Assembly (NCBI GenBank): GCA_964619725.1
Contig: CAZUFC010000180.1
Span: forward strand, 1 to 13,782
DNA length: 13,782 bases
Origin: an uncultured bacterium
GTDB taxonomy: Bacteria; CSSED10-310; CAZUFC01
Direction of reading: 5' to 3'
A program made the translations under genes and the position numbers. Below the pieces are notes generated by a model. That model made no database searches. It was not told the origin of the DNA and saw nothing but the letters and a program-made list of their open reading frames with translations. Position 1 is the stretch's first letter, and each line of letters opens with the position of its first letter. Shown piece after piece: positions 11,153-13,782 of the stretch.

Positions 11153-11198
11153 TTGGGCATCCCTCCGCTCATAAATCGCGACCTGCGGGTCGATCAAA

Positions 11199-11906
11199 TT
11201 ATTTCCTGAAAATATTTACTATCTGGACCGTATCCAATTTTACTCCCGGTCCCATTGTCGAGGTCAAAACGACGTTCCTGAGATAAGCGCCTTTAGCGGA
11301 AGAAGGTTTCGCCTTCATAATGACTTCAAACAAAGCCGTCGCATTTTGTTTGAGTTTATATAAATCGAAAGACACTTTCCCTATAGGAGCATGAATATTT
11401 CCGCCTCTATCGACCCGGTATTCAATTTTACCCGCCTTTATCTCTCTGACGGCCCTCGCCACATCAAAGGTGACGGTTCCAGCTTTCGGATTGGGCATCA
11501 AACCCCGCGGTCCCAATATCCGCCCTAACCGACCCACTTTACTCATGACGTCAGGCGTAGCGATGACAGCGTCGAATTCCAACCAGTTATTATTTATCTT
11601 CTCCACATATTCGTCGCAACCGACATAATCAGCGCCGGCATCTTTCGCTTCCATTTCCTTTTCGCCCTGCGTCATAACGAGTATTCTGACGGATTTGCCC
11701 GTGCCGTGAGGCAAAACAACCGTACCCCGGACTTGCTGATCCGCATGCTTTGGATTGACTCCCAGCTTCATGGATACTTCAACCGTTTCGTCGAATTCGG
11801 CCTTCGCATTCTCTTTCACGAATCGCAATGCGTCATCCAGTGAATACTTATCAGCGGGATTCATCTTCTCTTTCACTTCCCTGTATTTTTTTCCATGTTT
11901 CGGCAT
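11199..11906 (-). CDS. rplA: 50S ribosomal protein L1
   Basis: [38 protein letters not shown] and STMGPG motifs. Confidence 0.99.
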   Translation of the reverse strand: MPKHGKKYREVKEKMNPADKYSLDDALRFVKENAKAEFDETVEVSMKLGVNPKHADQQVRGTVVLPHGTGKSVRILVMTQGEKEMEAKDAGADYVGCDEYVEKINNNWLEFDAVIATPDVMSKVGRLGRILGPRGLMPNPKAGTVTFDVARAVREIKAGKIEYRVDRGGNIHAPIGKVSFDLYKLKQNATALFEVIMKAKPSSAKGAYLRNVVLTSTMGPGVKLDTVQIVNIFRK

Positions 11907-11957
11907 CTCAATCCCTTTCTTTCCAATTTCCTGAATTGATATCAGCCATGGAAATCA

Positions 11958-12389
11958 TCAATCTACGATCTCAATTCCCATACTGCGAGCTGTTCCCTCG
12001 ATTATCTTCTCGGCTCTTTCCAGACTGAGAGCATTCAAATCTTCCATCTTCTGCTCGGCGATAGACCTTACATCCGATCTTTTCACTTTACCGGCATTTT
12101 CAGCTCCCGGATTGTGCGCAGCCTTGGCGATTCCTGCGGCTTTCTTCAATAAAATCGAAGCCGGGGGCGTTTTGGTTATAAATGAAAAAGATCGATCAGC
12201 AAATATGGTCACCACAACCGGGATGATCATTCCATCCTGACCCTTTCCGCCTGTTCTTGAATTGAAATTCTTGCAGAACTCTCCAATATTCACACCATGC
12301 TGTCCCAAAGCAGGACCAACCGGTGGCGAAGGATTCGCCTGCCCTGCCGGAACTTGCAGTTTAACTACTGCAGCAACTTTTTTCGCCAT
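11958..12389 (-). CDS. rplK: 50S ribosomal protein L11
   Basis: [32 protein letters not shown] and GTARSMGI motifs; SD AAGGAG. Confidence 0.99.
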   Translation of the reverse strand: MAKKVAAVVKLQVPAGQANPSPPVGPALGQHGVNIGEFCKNFNSRTGGKGQDGMIIPVVVTIFADRSFSFITKTPPASILLKKAAGIAKAAHNPGAENAGKVKRSDVRSIAEQKMEDLNALSLERAEKIIEGTARSMGIEIVD

Positions 12390-12431
12390 GCCATTCTCCT
12401 TATTTCATCAGTCGTTCGCAGCGATCAGAAA

Positions 12432-12962
12432 TCAAGCTGCTTCAACTTGTGAAAAATCAACTTCCACCGGCGTTGAACGTCCGAAAATACTAACCATTAC
12501 GCGCAATGTATTCTTGTCCTGGTTAACCTCGTCGACCGTTCCCGTGAAATTAGCAAAAGGTCCCTCGTTAATGCGCACCCTTTCTCCCTTACGATATTGA
12601 AATTTAGGTTTGGGCTTCTCAATTCCCGCCTGAATCTGATGAAATATCTCCTTTACATCCTTATCGCTTAAAGGGGCCGGTCTTGCCCCCGAACTGACGA
12701 AATCCGTAACCTTCGGGATTGACTTGATCAATGCCCATAATTCATCGGACATATTGATTTTTATCAGTACATATCCCGGAAAAAAATTCTTCTTCGTTAT
12801 CTCTTTTTTACCCTTCTTGTATTCGACTACGTTTTCCTGCGGTATAAGAATCTCTTCCACCTCATCTTCAAGGTCCTTTAACTTCACTTTCTGCTCGATC
12901 TGCGTCTTTACTTTGGCTTCAAATCCAGAATATGTATGTATCACGTACCATCTTTTTGCCAT
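12432..12962 (-). CDS. nusG: Transcription termination/antitermination factor NusG
   Basis: WYVIHTYSG and FFPGYVL (NGN domain); GERVRINEGPFANFTG and VSIFGRSTPVE (KOW domain); lies between secE and rplK. Confidence 0.99.
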   Translation of the reverse strand: MAKRWYVIHTYSGFEAKVKTQIEQKVKLKDLEDEVEEILIPQENVVEYKKGKKEITKKNFFPGYVLIKINMSDELWALIKSIPKVTDFVSSGARPAPLSDKDVKEIFHQIQAGIEKPKPKFQYRKGERVRINEGPFANFTGTVDEVNQDKNTLRVMVSIFGRSTPVEVDFSQVEAA

Positions 12963-13060
12963 TTGTCTTGAAACCTCATAACCCTTTACTAAACAACAGC
13001 GGAAAAATCGAAGCCTTCAGGAAAAAAAATCTTTTTTTCTTCATGATCCCCATGACCTTC

Positions 13061-13327
13061 TCAACTCTGAATTACCTGATAAATCCACCATAAAATGAAA
13101 CCGAAAACAATGACGGTCAAGGCAGACCAGTAAGTCGGCGATCCTTGTAATGTGGGTTCTATTCCTTTTGAAAGAACAAAATCGACAAGACCCAGGAATA
13201 AACCCAGTATCACGGAGCTTATAATGACCACCGCAGTGGAAGCGTAAATCTCATTCTTCTTAGGCCACGCAACCTTCTTCATCTCGACCCAAACGTCTTT
13301 TAAAAATTTAACGGCTTTTTTCAGCAC
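13061..13327 (-). CDS. secE: Preprotein translocase subunit SecE (GTG start), with C-terminal hydrophobic extension
   Basis: Conserved EMKKVAWP motif followed by a hydrophobic helix ending in VDF; canonical tRNA-Trp-secE-nusG context. Confidence 0.95.
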   Translation of the reverse strand: MLKKAVKFLKDVWVEMKKVAWPKKNEIYASTAVVIISSVILGLFLGLVDFVLSKGIEPTLQGSPTYWSALTVIVFGFILWWIYQVIQS

Positions 13328-13389
13328 TTTTTCGACCTTTCATCCGTCTGATTCACCATTCACCGGAAAACCATGATGATATTATAAAG

Positions 13390-13462
13390 CAGGCCAGGAG
13401 GGATTCGAACCCCCAACATCCGGTTTTGGAGACCGGCGCTCTACCATTCGAGCTACTGGCCT
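13390..13462 (-). tRNA. tRNA-Trp (anticodon CCA), 3' CCA not encoded
   Basis: Cloverleaf: acceptor AGGCCAG/CTGGCCT, D arm GCTC/GAGC, anticodon arm CCGGT-CTCCAAA-ACCGG, T arm GGGGG-TTCGAAT-CCCTC, discriminator G followed by CTT. Confidence 0.98.
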
Positions 13463-13483
13463 ACATCGACCTCAAAATCGGTG

Positions 13484-13511
13484 ATTATATGGACGCCGCA
13501 AGTTTTGTCAA
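13484..13511 (-). promoter_or_regulatory. Consensus sigma70 promoter for tRNA-Trp-secE-nusG and downstream genes
   Basis: Minus strand TTGACA (13511-13506) - 16 nt - TATAAT (13489-13484), with an AT-rich upstream tract; ends 21 nt before the tRNA 5' end. Confidence 0.88.
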
Positions 13512-13544
13512 GTAAAATTTCGAATATTTTCCTCATTATTTCGA

Positions 13545-13694
13545 TTATTTAACCTGTTTGTGCGGCGTATGCGATTTGCAAAAAGGGCAATATTTCTTTA
13601 ATTCCAACCGTTGAGGAGTTTTTTTCTTATTTTTCATGGTGGAATAATTTCTTCTTTGGCACTTTTGACAAGCGAGCGATATTATAACTCTCAT
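13545..13694 (-). CDS. rpmG: 50S ribosomal protein L33, Zn-binding (C+) form, 49 aa
   Basis: Manual translation [49 protein letters not shown]; two CxxC pairs; SD AAGGTGG. Not in the ORF track. Confidence 0.97.
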   Translation of the reverse strand: MRVIISLACQKCQRRNYSTMKNKKKTPQRLELKKYCPFCKSHTPHKQVK

Positions 13695-13719
13695 GATCCA
13701 CCTTTACCCATATCGACGA

Positions 13720-13782
13720 TTATTCAGCAATTTCAGTGACAACGCCGGCGCCGACGGTTTTCCCGCCTTCACGAACGGCGAA
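13720..13782 (-). CDS. tuf: Elongation factor Tu, 3' fragment (enters from the right edge); upstream tuf copy
   Basis: Manual translation FAVREGGKTVGAGVVTEIAE* is the canonical EF-Tu C-terminus; tuf-rpmG-tRNA-Trp-secE synteny. Confidence 0.96.
   Translation of the reverse strand, partial: FAVREGGKTVGAGVVTEIAE

Noticed and set aside
11149-11160. Mini-ORF ATG CCC AAG TGA overlapping the rplJ GTG
   Set aside because: The ATG directly abuts the SD with no spacing; a three-codon ORF is expected by chance.
11153-11197. 15-aa N-terminal extension of L10 from TTG at 11197
   Set aside because: A strong SD (GGAGGG) precedes GTG at 11152, and L10 similarity starts there.
11907-11957. L1 autoregulatory site in the rplK-rplA spacer
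   Set aside because: Only a weak ATTTCC/GGAAAT-closed hairpin is visible; I cannot match it to the L1-binding motif by eye.
1063-12981. All plus-strand ORFs and the two short alternative-frame minus ORFs (3670-3858, 7257-7454) in the track
   Set aside because: They overlap conserved essential genes, have no recognisable motifs, and are expected shadow ORFs.
13021-13039. A-run/T-run inverted repeat as an intrinsic terminator after secE
   Set aside because: The stem is almost all A-T and lacks the GC-rich hairpin plus separate U-tail of a terminator.
13390-13462. UGA recoding or an unusual tRNA-Trp
   Set aside because: The anticodon is the standard CCA and TGA ends several genes at their expected C-termini (e.g. 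rpsG, rplK, nusG). A non-encoded 3' CCA is common.

Overview
This is a core housekeeping locus of a bacterium, all on the minus strand. In transcription order: tuf (3' end) - rpmG - promoter - tRNA-Trp(CCA) - secE - nusG - rplK - rplA - rplJ - rplL - rpoB - rpoC - promoter - rpsL - rpsG - second tuf (5' end). Both tuf fragments, rpmG and the tRNA are missing from the ORF track and were read by hand. I see no mobile element, CRISPR array or accessory system, and no stand-alone new system. The unusual points lie inside the core machinery. (1) RpoC has a trigger-loop insertion of about 373 aa, roughly twice E. coli SI3, with four partly nested SBHM-like repeats and an embedded C-x4-C-x14-C-x2-H putative zinc finger. 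(2) RpoB has an 8-Cys insertion plus a further ~14-aa insertion in the beta1 region. (3) SecE has an apparent extra C-terminal transmembrane helix. (4) fusA is absent between rpsG and tuf. (5) The block sits between two directly oriented tuf copies. The RpoB insertion and the RpoC N-terminus resemble Acidobacteriota/Nitrospirota-like sequences as I recall them; the taxonomy is inference only.
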